Of a stretch of DNA of 64,000 nt, positions 42,581 through 51,364 are shown piece after piece. Every line of letters begins with the position of its first letter. Within the stretch, counting starts at the first letter, position 1. The translations under genes and the position numbers were made by a program. Origin of the DNA: a virus. The notes under the pieces were generated by a model. It saw only the letters and a list, made by a program, of their open reading frames with translations. It was not told where the DNA came from and made no database searches. The stretch lies in the IMG/VR virus record IMGVR_UViG_3300030107_008258, positions 80,419-144,418 of that record; one strand, 5' to 3'.

Positions 42581-43072
42581 ATGAATGAATTAACAAACGC
42601 TATTCCCGATATCGTAAATTTAACCTCTAATATACAAAAAGAAGAGGTAAAGGGCTTTTTGGAAAATTTAATCGGCGAATATGGATGGCTCTTGTTTGCG
42701 GCGGTACTAACAATCTTGGCTAAAGATATGATTATGAATTTTGTTCAGGGATTGCTTGTTTTTATGGGGAATGATTTTAATAATGACGACATTATTTATA
42801 TTTCCGGCCGTCAAGCACGTATAGTTCGCGTCGGAATTCGTAATACGGTTTTTTACATGACAGACCGCCGGACTAAAATGTTGGTTCCCAACGAACAATT
42901 AAAATTACTAACTATTGAAAAAAGATTACCTAAAAACGGGGGAGAGCCCTATCTTGCCAAAGGTAGTGATTCTAATTTCATGGGATTTGAAGAAGTTCCC
43001 ATAGCTCCCTCTCCTATGCAGGTGGAAGTAGTAGAGGCACCTTCTCCTCCCTCCAAAAGAACAAGAAAATGA
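42581..43072 (+). CDS. Minimal MscS-like membrane protein
   Basis: TM helix, KDMIMNFVQGL, then F..DDIIYISG..ARIVRVGIRNT.....LVPN middle beta-domain pattern. Confidence 0.65.
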   Translation: MNELTNAIPDIVNLTSNIQKEEVKGFLENLIGEYGWLLFAAVLTILAKDMIMNFVQGLLVFMGNDFNNDDIIYISGRQARIVRVGIRNTVFYMTDRRTKMLVPNEQLKLLTIEKRLPKNGGEPYLAKGSDSNFMGFEEVPIAPSPMQVEVVEAPSPPSKRTRK

Positions 43073-43299
43073 AAAAAATAACAGCATTAGCATCTATCTT
43101 TCTCATGGGATGTACTAGCGTCCCCAACCTTAAAGAAGTTGATTTAAGCATAACAGGATTAGAAATGGAGTTCTATGACAACCGAGAAGCTCCCATCATT
43201 TTTGATTATAATGCGGACATAGAAAGAAGATACCAAGAAAGAAAAAATCGCAATAAAGTCACTAATTATGGAAAATTAATGCCCATGACTAAAAAATAA
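43069..43299 (+). CDS. Small lipoprotein
   Basis: MKKITALASIFLMGC lipobox. Confidence 0.65.
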   Translation: MKKITALASIFLMGCTSVPNLKEVDLSITGLEMEFYDNREAPIIFDYNADIERRYQERKNRNKVTNYGKLMPMTKK

Positions 43300-43316
43300 G
43301 TGTAAAGATTATTGAA

Positions 43317-43859
43317 ATGAAAGAGATAGATTTTACAGAGCAGATCATTAAATGGCGCGAAGAAGAAGCTGCTAAAACAAAGAAGCAGTGGGAAAAGATC
43401 GATACTAAAGAACTTAAACGTGACACTAAAAAAGAAAAGAAGGAGCACGAAAAAGACGCCATTAAAGACGACGAGAGTAAAATCAAAAAACTTAAAAAAG
43501 GAAAGCCATCCGAAAAAAAGAGCGTTGAAATTCACGACATTAAAAAGGACGAGAAGTACGATAAAGCTAAAGCTGCCAAACTAAGCAGTAAGCAAAAAAA
43601 CGATTTGCCTGATTCTGATTTCGCTTATATAGAGCCCGGTGGAAAAAAAGATTCCGAAGGAAAAACAACTCCTCGGTCATTACGTCATCTTCCTATTAAT
43701 GACGCAGCACATGTGCGAAATGCTTTAGCCAGACTCGATCAAACTGATATTAGTGCAGAGGCTAAAAAAGCGGCTCTGAAAAAAATTAAAGCCGCAGCCA
43801 AAAAATTCGGTATTAAGGTTAGCGCGTCAGCTCAAATCGACTATTCTGACTTATACTAA
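43317..43859 (+). CDS. DUF6582-like domain protein with Lys/Glu-rich N-terminus
   Basis: LPDSDFAYIEPGG...RHLPINDAAHVRNALARLDQ...KIKAAAKKFGI. Confidence 0.7.
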   Translation: MKEIDFTEQIIKWREEEAAKTKKQWEKIDTKELKRDTKKEKKEHEKDAIKDDESKIKKLKKGKPSEKKSVEIHDIKKDEKYDKAKAAKLSSKQKNDLPDSDFAYIEPGGKKDSEGKTTPRSLRHLPINDAAHVRNALARLDQTDISAEAKKAALKKIKAAAKKFGIKVSASAQIDYSDLY

Positions 43860-43882
43860 TCTTTCTTTTAGTTTCGCTAAAG

Positions 43883-43909
43883 AAAAAGCCCCGCGACGGC
43901 GGGGCTTTT
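43883..43909. terminator. Bidirectional terminator between convergent genes
   Basis: AAAAGCCCCGC-GACG-GCGGGGCTTTT. Confidence 0.8.
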
Positions 43910-43926
43910 GTTTTATAGAGTTGTGA

Positions 43927-44157
43927 TTATTTAATGCGACGTCTTAAAAGCAGTGGATCGAAGTTATCGTTGCTATCCCAAGCAAAAGGTTCCCATCCTT
44001 TGGGGATATTTTTGCCAGTAGAAGTTTTGAATTCCCACTGTTGATTTGTGTCCCAAGGGGTAATTTCAAGTTTCGATGCACCTGTTCCGAGAACTACAGT
44101 AGCAGTTAATAAAACGCCAATCGCGAACGATTTCCAGTCGAGTAGTCTCATATTCAT
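43927..44157 (-). CDS. Small membrane-anchored protein
   Basis: DWKSFAIGVLLTATVVLG hydrophobic N-terminus, GWEP motif. Confidence 0.6.
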   Translation of the reverse strand: MNMRLLDWKSFAIGVLLTATVVLGTGASKLEITPWDTNQQWEFKTSTGKNIPKGWEPFAWDSNDNFDPLLLRRRIK

Positions 44158-44159
44158 TA

Positions 44160-44675
44160 TCACTCCCCGGGCTCGTTGCCGTCAATAACCTTGTCTCTAT
44201 TGTTTTTAAACTCTTCGCGGATTTCTTTAATCCTTGAATGAACTTCTTTTTGGTGAGCCCTCATTGCTTCAGCCCATTCTTTGCGAGAAGCCTTCATTTG
44301 TTCCCGAAGCGCTGCTTTTTCTTCGTCAGTAGCATCTTTCCATTTGTTTTTGTCGAATCCGACTTTCATTTTTTCAGTAGCTTGTTTAAACGCTTCCTTC
44401 AACTCTTTGATTTTTGCGTCGTCTCTAATAAGCTTGCCAAAAGCCTTGCCTCTATGGTTGACTTTATGACCGCGTTTCTTAGCGTCTCCTCTACGCTTCT
44501 TTCTTTTATCAAAAGCGGCTTTAAGGCGTTCTTTAATCTTCTCGCGATCAATTTTATTTTCAGGACGTGGCTTCTCTGGTTTTTCCTTGTCTTTTTTAGG
44601 TCGAGCTTCCGCGGTTGATAACACTGATGCAATAACTGCGACCAGTCCGTATTTTAGTATACGAGATGTAAACAT
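44160..44675 (-). CDS. Secreted highly charged helical protein (Spy/CpxP-like composition)
   Basis: Signal peptide ending AEA; K/E/R-rich helices. Confidence 0.6.
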   Translation of the reverse strand: MFTSRILKYGLVAVIASVLSTAEARPKKDKEKPEKPRPENKIDREKIKERLKAAFDKRKKRRGDAKKRGHKVNHRGKAFGKLIRDDAKIKELKEAFKQATEKMKVGFDKNKWKDATDEEKAALREQMKASRKEWAEAMRAHQKEVHSRIKEIREEFKNNRDKVIDGNEPGE

Positions 44676-44689
44676 AACATTCTTTACAC

Positions 44690-44707
44690 TGCAGGAAATG
44701 TGCCAAA
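44690..44707 (-). promoter_or_regulatory. sigma54 (-24/-12) promoter
   Basis: Minus strand TTTGGCACATTTCCTGCA matches TGGCAC-N5-(T/C)TGC; predicted +1 falls at the GTTATG start of 44675. Confidence 0.65.
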
Positions 44708-44819
44708 CAATAAATGGGCATTTGTTGGGAATTTAATATATTTGCAAACAAAGCGCGGGTAATAATTCCCACTTAATTAAAATGAGCGGGAAATGTTCCC
44801 CACTAGTGTAATAAATAAA

Positions 44820-45032
44820 GTGAAAAAGAAACATGTCGTTATAGGCGCTATAGTGGCTGCTGTGGCCGTTTTAGCTTTCTGGTTAGTCCGTGGTGAAGAA
44901 ATTAAAGAAAAAGCCGCAGAGACAGCAAAGGAGGCCGCAAAAGAAGCTATTGTAAACAAGGTAGTGGACGAGGCCGCTGACAAAGCTAAAGAAAAACTTA
45001 AAGAAGAAGTTTTAGATAAGTTGCTTCCGTGA
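44820..45032 (+). CDS. Small membrane protein
   Basis: Single TM then Ala/Lys/Glu helix; late motif 44806-44811. Confidence 0.6.
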   Translation: MKKKHVVIGAIVAAVAVLAFWLVRGEEIKEKAAETAKEAAKEAIVNKVVDEAADKAKEKLKEEVLDKLLP

Positions 45033-45380
45033 ATGAAGTTTCATCTCTATTTAAGAGAACTGCGGCAACGTAGATTTAAAGACACTCGCAAACTATGCCT
45101 TATGTTAGGAGTGAGTAAGGATATGTGGCGCAAATTAGAACGTGGAATTAATCCTCCCCCTAGAAGATCAATACTGAGAAAATTTTGCATTTTAGTAAAC
45201 GCTTTAAGCTACGAAGAAAATCAATTATATACTTTAGCTAGAAGATGGGAGCCTCACGAAGATACTAATACCGCCAACCACATTTTAATGGATTCTCGAT
45301 CTAAGCCAGAATGGAAAGAAGCACTTATGGATCAAAACCGTCCCGACTATGCTCATAAATATTGGAAACCTCTAGATTAG
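45033..45380 (+). CDS. XRE-like helix-turn-helix protein
   Basis: LRELRQRR...RKLCLMLGVSKDMWRKLERG..PP. Confidence 0.65.
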   Translation: MKFHLYLRELRQRRFKDTRKLCLMLGVSKDMWRKLERGINPPPRRSILRKFCILVNALSYEENQLYTLARRWEPHEDTNTANHILMDSRSKPEWKEALMDQNRPDYAHKYWKPLD

Positions 45381-45691
45381 CGAATACGAGTTAATAAATC
45401 GTTCAGATTTTCAAAGGCTATACGATCTACCCTTATAGAAGGTGGCCTTACTCTAGTGTTGGCTATACGAAGCCCAAAAATATCATCTGAAGGAGAAATT
45501 ATATCTTCTACAAAATCCCACAGGCCGGTGTGCTTAGCCCAGTTGTAGTAAAGATCAGTATTGTCTTTCTCAGCTTCTAATAATATCTGCCGCTCTTTTT
45601 GAAATATACTTAAATAAAGACATACTCCCCGAATGGCTAATGAGTCACTGGGAGGTTCCACAACACTTTCGTAGAAAATGAGCGAATGCAC
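45377..45691 (-). CDS. Hypothetical protein
   Basis: GTG start with late motif 45700-45705. Confidence 0.5.
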   Translation of the reverse strand: MHSLIFYESVVEPPSDSLAIRGVCLYLSIFQKERQILLEAEKDNTDLYYNWAKHTGLWDFVEDIISPSDDIFGLRIANTRVRPPSIRVDRIAFENLNDLLTRIR

Positions 45692-45706
45692 TCAATGTTT
45701 TACACT

Positions 45707-46417
45707 TTATATATCGTGGTATATTTTAGACCTTAATGGGGATGGCTTTTTATTCAATTCCGTTTTCTTTTCTTCGTCCGGATAATGGTTGTAAAAAAAA
45801 TAAGGACTATTACCATATGATCGATCAATATCTTCTGAAGTCATTTCTTTATCATAGATTCTAACTCTTGGAGGCTTTTCCTTATCATACGGAATAATAA
45901 AATCAGGATTATGCCAGCGCAAAAGATTATTGGGAGGTATGGCATAGTTTCCATCATCCATTTCCAGAAAGTGATAACATTTTGAATCTTGGTCGTTAGC
46001 GTATCCAATATTGAGCTCATTAAGGTCCCCCTCGTAATCGTCAATAGTAAATACATACTTACCAGAACGCCATACTCTGTCGCGGCAGAATACGTCCACG
46101 CGACGGTTTTGCAAAAAACCGAATGTCGTAACTGCGATATCATTATCTTGGCAATCCCACGTCTGTAGGAGCGACAATCTTGTTTGCTCATCTTCAGATA
46201 AAACATCGTAGTCCTCTTTATGACAAAAGGCCGAAATTGGCATCTGCCAAAAAATCGCCCCAAAGCACGATTGGAAATGAAAGTGCATAGGACGATTGAT
46301 CATTGATTTTACACCAAATATGTACCCTTCTGTCAATCCAGAGCTTTCGGGGCCAAAAATATAACTGTTTCTTATAAAACATCCAATGTAGGGAGTGTTA
46401 GCGTTTAGTTGAGCCAT
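45707..46417 (-). CDS. Conserved marine-phage hypothetical protein
   Basis: MA.LNAN.P...PISAF...LQ.WDC...G.Y.FTID...DGNYA..PNN motifs familiar from marine phage proteins. Confidence 0.65.
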   Translation of the reverse strand: MAQLNANTPYIGCFIRNSYIFGPESSGLTEGYIFGVKSMINRPMHFHFQSCFGAIFWQMPISAFCHKEDYDVLSEDEQTRLSLLQTWDCQDNDIAVTTFGFLQNRRVDVFCRDRVWRSGKYVFTIDDYEGDLNELNIGYANDQDSKCYHFLEMDDGNYAIPPNNLLRWHNPDFIIPYDKEKPPRVRIYDKEMTSEDIDRSYGNSPYFFYNHYPDEEKKTELNKKPSPLRSKIYHDI

Positions 46418-46449
46418 TTTTAGTTAATCTCGTGTAATATTATTCTATA

Positions 46450-46737
46450 ATGCCAAGTGATAATAAAAAAATTACTTTTGCGGATCTGGATGGGTTCCTC
46501 AAAATTGCGCCAATATTAGGTATATGTGTTTTAGCTTATCTTCAAACTATGTTTCCAAGTAAAGTGGAATTTGAAAAACTAGAGAATCATTTAATCCAAA
46601 TGGATAAGAAACTAACTGAAATGGCGGTAGTCAATAAAACCATAACTAATAACTCAAGTGAAATAAGAAATATTAACGACAGAGTAAGACAATTAGAAAT
46701 TCAACTAGCAAAACACGATAATCACGACAAATCATGA
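46450..46737 (+). CDS. TM + coiled-coil protein
   Basis: Hydrophobic segment followed by heptads; late motif 46432-46437. Confidence 0.55.
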   Translation: MPSDNKKITFADLDGFLKIAPILGICVLAYLQTMFPSKVEFEKLENHLIQMDKKLTEMAVVNKTITNNSSEIRNINDRVRQLEIQLAKHDNHDKS

Positions 46738-47045
46738 AATGGGCACTACCTCTTCTTTTCGTCGTTAGCTTATACGCGTCCCCCACTATAGATCCAGATA
46801 TAGAAATCAAGATACCGGGTTTGGTTTGTCAATCTTGCGCTATTGGCGTTAAAAGAGGACTAAAGAAGACTAACCTTATTAAAGATATAAAATTTAACGT
46901 CGAAAAAGAAATATGCCTTGTTGAGTACATCAGTATAGAAATTCACCCGAGCCAAATTAAAAAAATTGTTAAAGACGCCGGGTATGAAGTGAGATACATT
47001 AAATGGCTTAAAGACAAAAAACCAAATAGGTACAACAAGCCATGA
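46734..47045 (+). CDS. Secreted heavy-metal-associated (HMA, CopZ/MerP-like) protein
   Basis: Signal peptide; IKIPGLVCQSCA...I...VKDAGYEV HMA signature. Confidence 0.8.
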   Translation: MKWALPLLFVVSLYASPTIDPDIEIKIPGLVCQSCAIGVKRGLKKTNLIKDIKFNVEKEICLVEYISIEIHPSQIKKIVKDAGYEVRYIKWLKDKKPNRYNKP

Positions 47046-47173
47046 TCTGCAAAAACAGATATTGTTTCGACGATACCTGTAAAGGCGAATGCACAAAAAA
47101 ACAAACTAAAAAAAACCTCCCACCAGTTAAGGTGAGAGGTTCTGATTATAAGCTACTCTCAGACAACTAAAAA

Positions 47174-47470
47174 TTATTTAGTCTCAATAGTTAGTCCGTT
47201 GGTGAAATGAAGCACCCAGTTAGCAATCCACGCATAAACTGCGCCTCCTACCCAGCCGCCAATTCCAAATGCTGCGATACTACCTAAGTCAGCAGAAACC
47301 GCCTCACTAATCTTATTTATTCCACCATCAACATCACCTAATGCTCCAGCGCCGATTAAAGCCAACACAGGGAGCACTACGCCTTTGATAGCGCCAGTAG
47401 CTACTCCGAGCAAACCTAAAAAGTTAGCAGCAGAGCGTGTATGTATTTTTGTAATAGTCATTTTTTTCAT
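47174..47470 (-). CDS. Two-TM membrane protein (DUF3566-like)
   Basis: I.KI...SAA.F...G.....A.IANW.....GL.IE pattern. Confidence 0.55.
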   Translation of the reverse strand: MKKMTITKIHTRSAANFLGLLGVATGAIKGVVLPVLALIGAGALGDVDGGINKISEAVSADLGSIAAFGIGGWVGGAVYAWIANWVLHFTNGLTIETK

Positions 47471-47605
47471 AACAGAAACAAACTGTTTAATCACAATCAT
47501 AAACAGTTAATACTATTACACGGCTTAGTTCCTTGAGAGAGAAGGCTGTATAAAAAAATCGCAGCCCCCGAAGAGGCTGCGACTAAGGAACTTATATATT
47601 GATTA

Positions 47606-47812
47606 TTAAGTTGTTCCAGCGCCAACGTTGCCGTCTTCACTAGTACCAATTCCTACATTGCCTTCCGGTTCTGCTTCCGGGGTTGGCTCTGGGTCTGGAG
47701 TAGGCTCCGGCGTGGGAGCGCTTGTACCAGCTCCTACATTGCCACCTACTGGCTTTCCATCTTCATCCACCCCGGGAATTATATTTCCATGTTGATCTAC
47801 GTTATCATTCAT
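47606..47812 (-). CDS. Small acidic protein with three GNVG(I/A)GT motifs and a PEPT linker
   Basis: Seen in translation; AGGAG SD upstream; terminator hairpin downstream. Confidence 0.65.
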   Translation of the reverse strand: MNDNVDQHGNIIPGVDEDGKPVGGNVGAGTSAPTPEPTPDPEPTPEAEPEGNVGIGTSEDGNVGAGTT

Positions 47813-47829
47813 ATTTTTTATCTCCTAAA

Positions 47830-48264
47830 TTAATCTGGGTAAACTTGCCCTGTTACTACTGCTCCTGAGAAGGCAGGAACACAAGCTAAAGCCCATGCTT
47901 GAGCGCCGTTACGAATATCGGAGCTATTAGCCATCCAGCCAGAAACACTATTAGCTGTCCAACTCCAACCCGAAGGAAGAGCTGGGCCGAGTCTCTTGGT
48001 TCCGGTTACTTCGCCGGAAGCCCCAGTTAAATCTTCATAAGGGTAGTGATCAGTACCACTAACCATACCACAAGAGTAACTATTCCATCTTTCGATAGGT
48101 GGTTTCTTTTGGTTGTAGTAATCTACATCGTGATAACCCCAAATATTTACACTTGCAGATTGGTCAGCTTTTGCTGATGAAGATGTATTAACCTCAACAA
48201 TACCAAAATCCCAATAACTAAGTGTCGAGCCAGCGTCCGTTGTAATTGCTTTATAAAGTCCCAT
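47830..48264 (-). CDS. Hypothetical protein, tandem paralogue A
   Basis: Shares YEDLTG.SGEVTG.KRLGP.LP.GW.W..N.VSGWM with 48269-48697. Confidence 0.7.
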   Translation of the reverse strand: MGLYKAITTDAGSTLSYWDFGIVEVNTSSSAKADQSASVNIWGYHDVDYYNQKKPPIERWNSYSCGMVSGTDHYPYEDLTGASGEVTGTKRLGPALPSGWSWTANSVSGWMANSSDIRNGAQAWALACVPAFSGAVVTGQVYPD

Positions 48265-48268
48265 TATA

Positions 48269-48697
48269 TTATTCTCCTGCTGTTAATGCATCGGTTGCTC
48301 CAGAAAAGAAAGGTACACAGTTCTTTAACCAAACGTATGCTCCACTTCTAAGGTCGTCACTTCTCTGCATCCATCCGGACACACCGTTCTCAGCCCAATC
48401 CCAACCAGCAGGGAGATCAGGTCCGAGGCGCTTCGATCCGGTTACTTCTCCAGATACACCCGTAAGGTCCTCATATTCATAGTAATCTTTTGCGCCAGAA
48501 TAGGGACAGTTATACATATTACCATCAACCGAGGGAGCTCCTTGATTACGAAAGGTTTCATTAGTGAATCCCAAGGTATTGATATTGGACCCGTAGTCAG
48601 TGCCCTGTGTGCCTTGGAACCAGTTTTCAACTCGGCTAATTTTCCAATAGTTAGCCTGTTGTCCATCATCCTTGGAAAAATTTACATTTAGTCCCAT
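48269..48697 (-). CDS. Hypothetical protein, tandem paralogue B
   Basis: As above; late motif 48709-48714. Confidence 0.7.
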   Translation of the reverse strand: MGLNVNFSKDDGQQANYWKISRVENWFQGTQGTDYGSNINTLGFTNETFRNQGAPSVDGNMYNCPYSGAKDYYEYEDLTGVSGEVTGSKRLGPDLPAGWDWAENGVSGWMQRSDDLRSGAYVWLKNCVPFFSGATDALTAGE

Positions 48698-48748
48698 GTT
48701 AAAGAATATTACACATTAAAAAAGAAAAGTTCTACTTTTTTTGAAATC

Positions 48749-49714
48749 TTACTTAATAAAGCTATTCAAAACAAGGTCGAGGTCTTTGATAAATTTACTA
48801 TTACTTACTAGGCTTTGGCGGCTTTGTAAATAATCAGATGTTTCTTGTATTAAATCATCGTCTTCGAGCTTTTCCGCCGCTTCATCTAATGAGTAGTAAT
48901 AGAAGGGATAATCTTTACCGAGATACTCTACCACAGAATCAATAGGGTTAACCAAAATGGGAGTCTGGCGAGATATGCATTCAACAACTGCGTTATTTGC
49001 AATAGCATCATATAAATCGAGAAATACTACAGAACGCGACATAATTTCATCGTATTTATCATTAGAGAGCCGATGGTTTATTAAATGCGTGTGATTTTGT
49101 TTATGTCTTGTTTTAAGATTAATTTTACTTAAGAAGTAATCATCCTCCCCATAGCTTCCGGGGCCTTGAAGTAATATTTTTTTGTATTTGGTTTTAAGCC
49201 TAAAAAAAGAATCAAAATTCCTCATCCACCATCCGACATGTATTACCTGACGCCGAAAGTTCTTTATATTAAATTTTACGTCACATTTTGCGGATGGATG
49301 ATGCACAAACCCCACTGGGATATCTACATCCAAATGAGTCAAGGAGTTTTTAGCTTTCAAAGCGTAGTATTTACTAAAAGTAATAAGACCAATACAATTC
49401 TCCATAAAAGCCCTATAGTGTTTATTACCGTACAGGGAAAATATGTTCTGCTCCCATCTTGTGTTCATAGAGCCTAAAGAAGTACAAGGATTATGAAACA
49501 TATTAATCCATTTCTTCTTCATGTGGGGGAAGTAAGTAAAATCCATTTTTTTACCCCTTCCAACGTTAAAAGTGTGTTCGATCATTCCATCTAACATCAC
49601 CTCCGCGTTATCATTATGGAAATGTTCGGCAATTAATGCGCAAACCCCGTTCCAACCCCACCTATGTATTGTCTTCGGGAATGGTTGGTGGTTGTATAGG
49701 TTTATTTTTGCCAT
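48749..49714 (-). CDS. GT-B fold glycosyltransferase-like protein
   Basis: MFHNP, ITFSKY, HVGWWMRN, YDEIMS.SVVFLDLYDA.ANNAVVECI...TPILVN...VVEYLG.DYP. Confidence 0.65.
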   Translation of the reverse strand: MAKINLYNHQPFPKTIHRWGWNGVCALIAEHFHNDNAEVMLDGMIEHTFNVGRGKKMDFTYFPHMKKKWINMFHNPCTSLGSMNTRWEQNIFSLYGNKHYRAFMENCIGLITFSKYYALKAKNSLTHLDVDIPVGFVHHPSAKCDVKFNIKNFRRQVIHVGWWMRNFDSFFRLKTKYKKILLQGPGSYGEDDYFLSKINLKTRHKQNHTHLINHRLSNDKYDEIMSRSVVFLDLYDAIANNAVVECISRQTPILVNPIDSVVEYLGKDYPFYYYSLDEAAEKLEDDDLIQETSDYLQSRQSLVSNSKFIKDLDLVLNSFIK

Positions 49715-49928
49715 AATATGATTTTTTGTAGCCTTTTACCTTTTCTGGATTGTTTTTTTGCCACTCCTTGACTTTACCTACTATTTTATTTTTGTTTTTC
49801 TCGTAATAAGATTTAGCTGTTTTGTTATCGCAACTTTTACAATAATATTTCAAACCGTCCTTAGTACTACTTTGTTTCCTAAATTCGGATAAAGGAAGAG
49901 TCTCCTTACATTTAGTACAAGTTTTCAT
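49662..49928 (-). CDS. Zinc-finger protein resembling the N-terminus of HNH/EndoVII homing endonucleases, no nuclease domain
   Basis: KTCTKCKE.LPLSEF....KDGL..YCKSC; ORF ends at 88 aa. Confidence 0.6.
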   Translation of the reverse strand: MKTCTKCKETLPLSEFRKQSSTKDGLKYYCKSCDNKTAKSYYEKNKNKIVGKVKEWQKNNPEKVKGYKKSYYGKNKPIQPPTIPEDNT

Positions 49929-50277
49929 TATAGAGCATTGTATACTTCCAGCGCCGATTATTCTAAAAGTATTTTTGAAAAAAATACTTGGGAGGCGTAC
50001 CGGGTATTTTTGAAAAAGTAGAATAAAAAAGGTTGCGGAGAATGAAATTAGACACCCCCCGCTCCCCCCGTCTATTTAGAGGCTTTCCCCTTTTAGAAAA
50101 GGGGGGGCTTTCCCTGAGGGGGTAGGGGGTAGGGTACTCAGGAGGCCGGACTCGGTTGGCTCGCTATAGTCCATCTCGTTATCTTCCAGCTTGGGGGGTG
50201 CACCATAGGGAAAATTATTGGATGCGTGCATTGGTAAGTGGTTGCTGGTGTTATCTGTTAAGGCGTGAAATCTCATC

Positions 50278-50571
50278 TCAGTCATGCGTAATCCTCAAAT
50301 CATTGTCGGCAATCGAATCCTCGTAAAAGGAAACCTCAACTACTCGGTGAATGTCACCAGCCAGCACCTTGTTTCCGTCAATGTCTTTCTCTAACACCAC
50401 GCTGTTGTGGTACTTGTCAATCATCTCTTGCTCTGTTGTACCAACCGGATAAGTGCAGCTTGACACTCGGTTGACACGGGCCAAGAAGTGGTTGCCGGTA
50501 TAGGTTGGGTTCTTCTCCACCTTAAAGGTGGCGTTTAAGAATGAATGGTAGAATGTTCTCTCGTCTCTCAT
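50278..50571 (-). CDS. Early hypothetical protein (MRDERT...)
   Basis: TTGACA(50605-10)-17-TATTAT then GTTATGAG start. Confidence 0.7.
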   Translation of the reverse strand: MRDERTFYHSFLNATFKVEKNPTYTGNHFLARVNRVSSCTYPVGTTEQEMIDKYHNSVVLEKDIDGNKVLAGDIHRVVEVSFYEDSIADNDLRITHD

Positions 50572-50587
50572 AACTTGGTAAATAATA

Positions 50588-50818
50588 TCAGTTCTTTTCG
50601 CTCTTGTCAAGCCATTCCGTTTCCTCACTCCATTCAATCTCGGTGAGTTTGTTCTGGATGTTGGACAGCTTTTCCTCCATGTCAGAGATGCGTCTCTGGA
50701 GGTACTTGACGTGTTCGTAGTCGTTGCCCCATGACTCGGCGAGAGCTTGGAGGGTTCCACGTACGCTGGCAATCTCTGCCCCTTGTTTGCCTAGATTGGC
50801 TCTTGTTTCATGTCTCAT
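50588..50818 (-). CDS. Early small coiled-coil protein (MRHETR...)
   Basis: TTGACA(50852-57)-17-TACGAT then GTTATGAG. Confidence 0.7.
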   Translation of the reverse strand: MRHETRANLGKQGAEIASVRGTLQALAESWGNDYEHVKYLQRRISDMEEKLSNIQNKLTEIEWSEETEWLDKSEKN

Positions 50819-50861
50819 AACTTGGTAAATCGTATCAGATGAATCGGTGAATGTCAAGTGC

Positions 50862-51023
50862 TTATTCGCACCACTCAACTACTCGGAACCATTCCCCTTG
50901 TACTCGCCTGTTCAATGGCGTGTAGCTCGTCCACTCATCCAAAGGAATCTCCTTGACTGTCTGCACTCCATCAACCCAAGGCCCCTTGACCTTAACCGTC
51001 TTTACTTTCTTCTTATCCCTCAT
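50862..51023 (-). CDS. Early 53-aa protein (MRDKKKVKTV...), absent from the ORF track
   Basis: TTGCAA(51057-62)-17-TAGTAT then GTTATGAG; open to TAA at 50862. Confidence 0.7.
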   Translation of the reverse strand: MRDKKKVKTVKVKGPWVDGVQTVKEIPLDEWTSYTPLNRRVQGEWFRVVEWCE

Positions 51024-51085
51024 AACTGGAAAAATACTATCTTAAATCTCAGATCTTTGCAAGTAAAAAATAAAAAAAAGGTGGC

Positions 51086-51298
51086 CTAGTTGGCCACCAT
51101 GCTTAGGATTCTGTCCCAGCGGAACCGCTTCCACTCTCCGGTTTCGGTACACTTGGCGGTAATGCCAGCGCACTTGTCCTGCTCCGAGTAGTTCGCAAAC
51201 TGCTCCTCAACCTCAACGTTGTAGTTGAATGCCAAGCCCTTGATGTTTTCACGCCCTTGGTGGACGTCCGGTCTGTAGTAAATAAGGAAGTTCCTCAT
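51086..51298 (-). CDS. Small WYL-like domain protein
   Basis: C-terminal A.C..TGEWKRFRWDRILSM resembles the WYL R.FR.DRI motif; own promoter TTGCAA-17-CATACT. Confidence 0.6.
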   Translation of the reverse strand: MRNFLIYYRPDVHQGRENIKGLAFNYNVEVEEQFANYSEQDKCAGITAKCTETGEWKRFRWDRILSMVAN

Positions 51299-51364
51299 AA
51301 CGCAAATAGTATGCCTTAAATCTCAGAAGATTGCAAGCCCTAAATGCAAAAAAAATAAAAAAAA

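Noticed and set aside
50076-50285. ORF 50076-50285 as a confident gene
   Set aside because: Low-complexity product running through the G/C tract; cannot be supported or excluded from sequence alone
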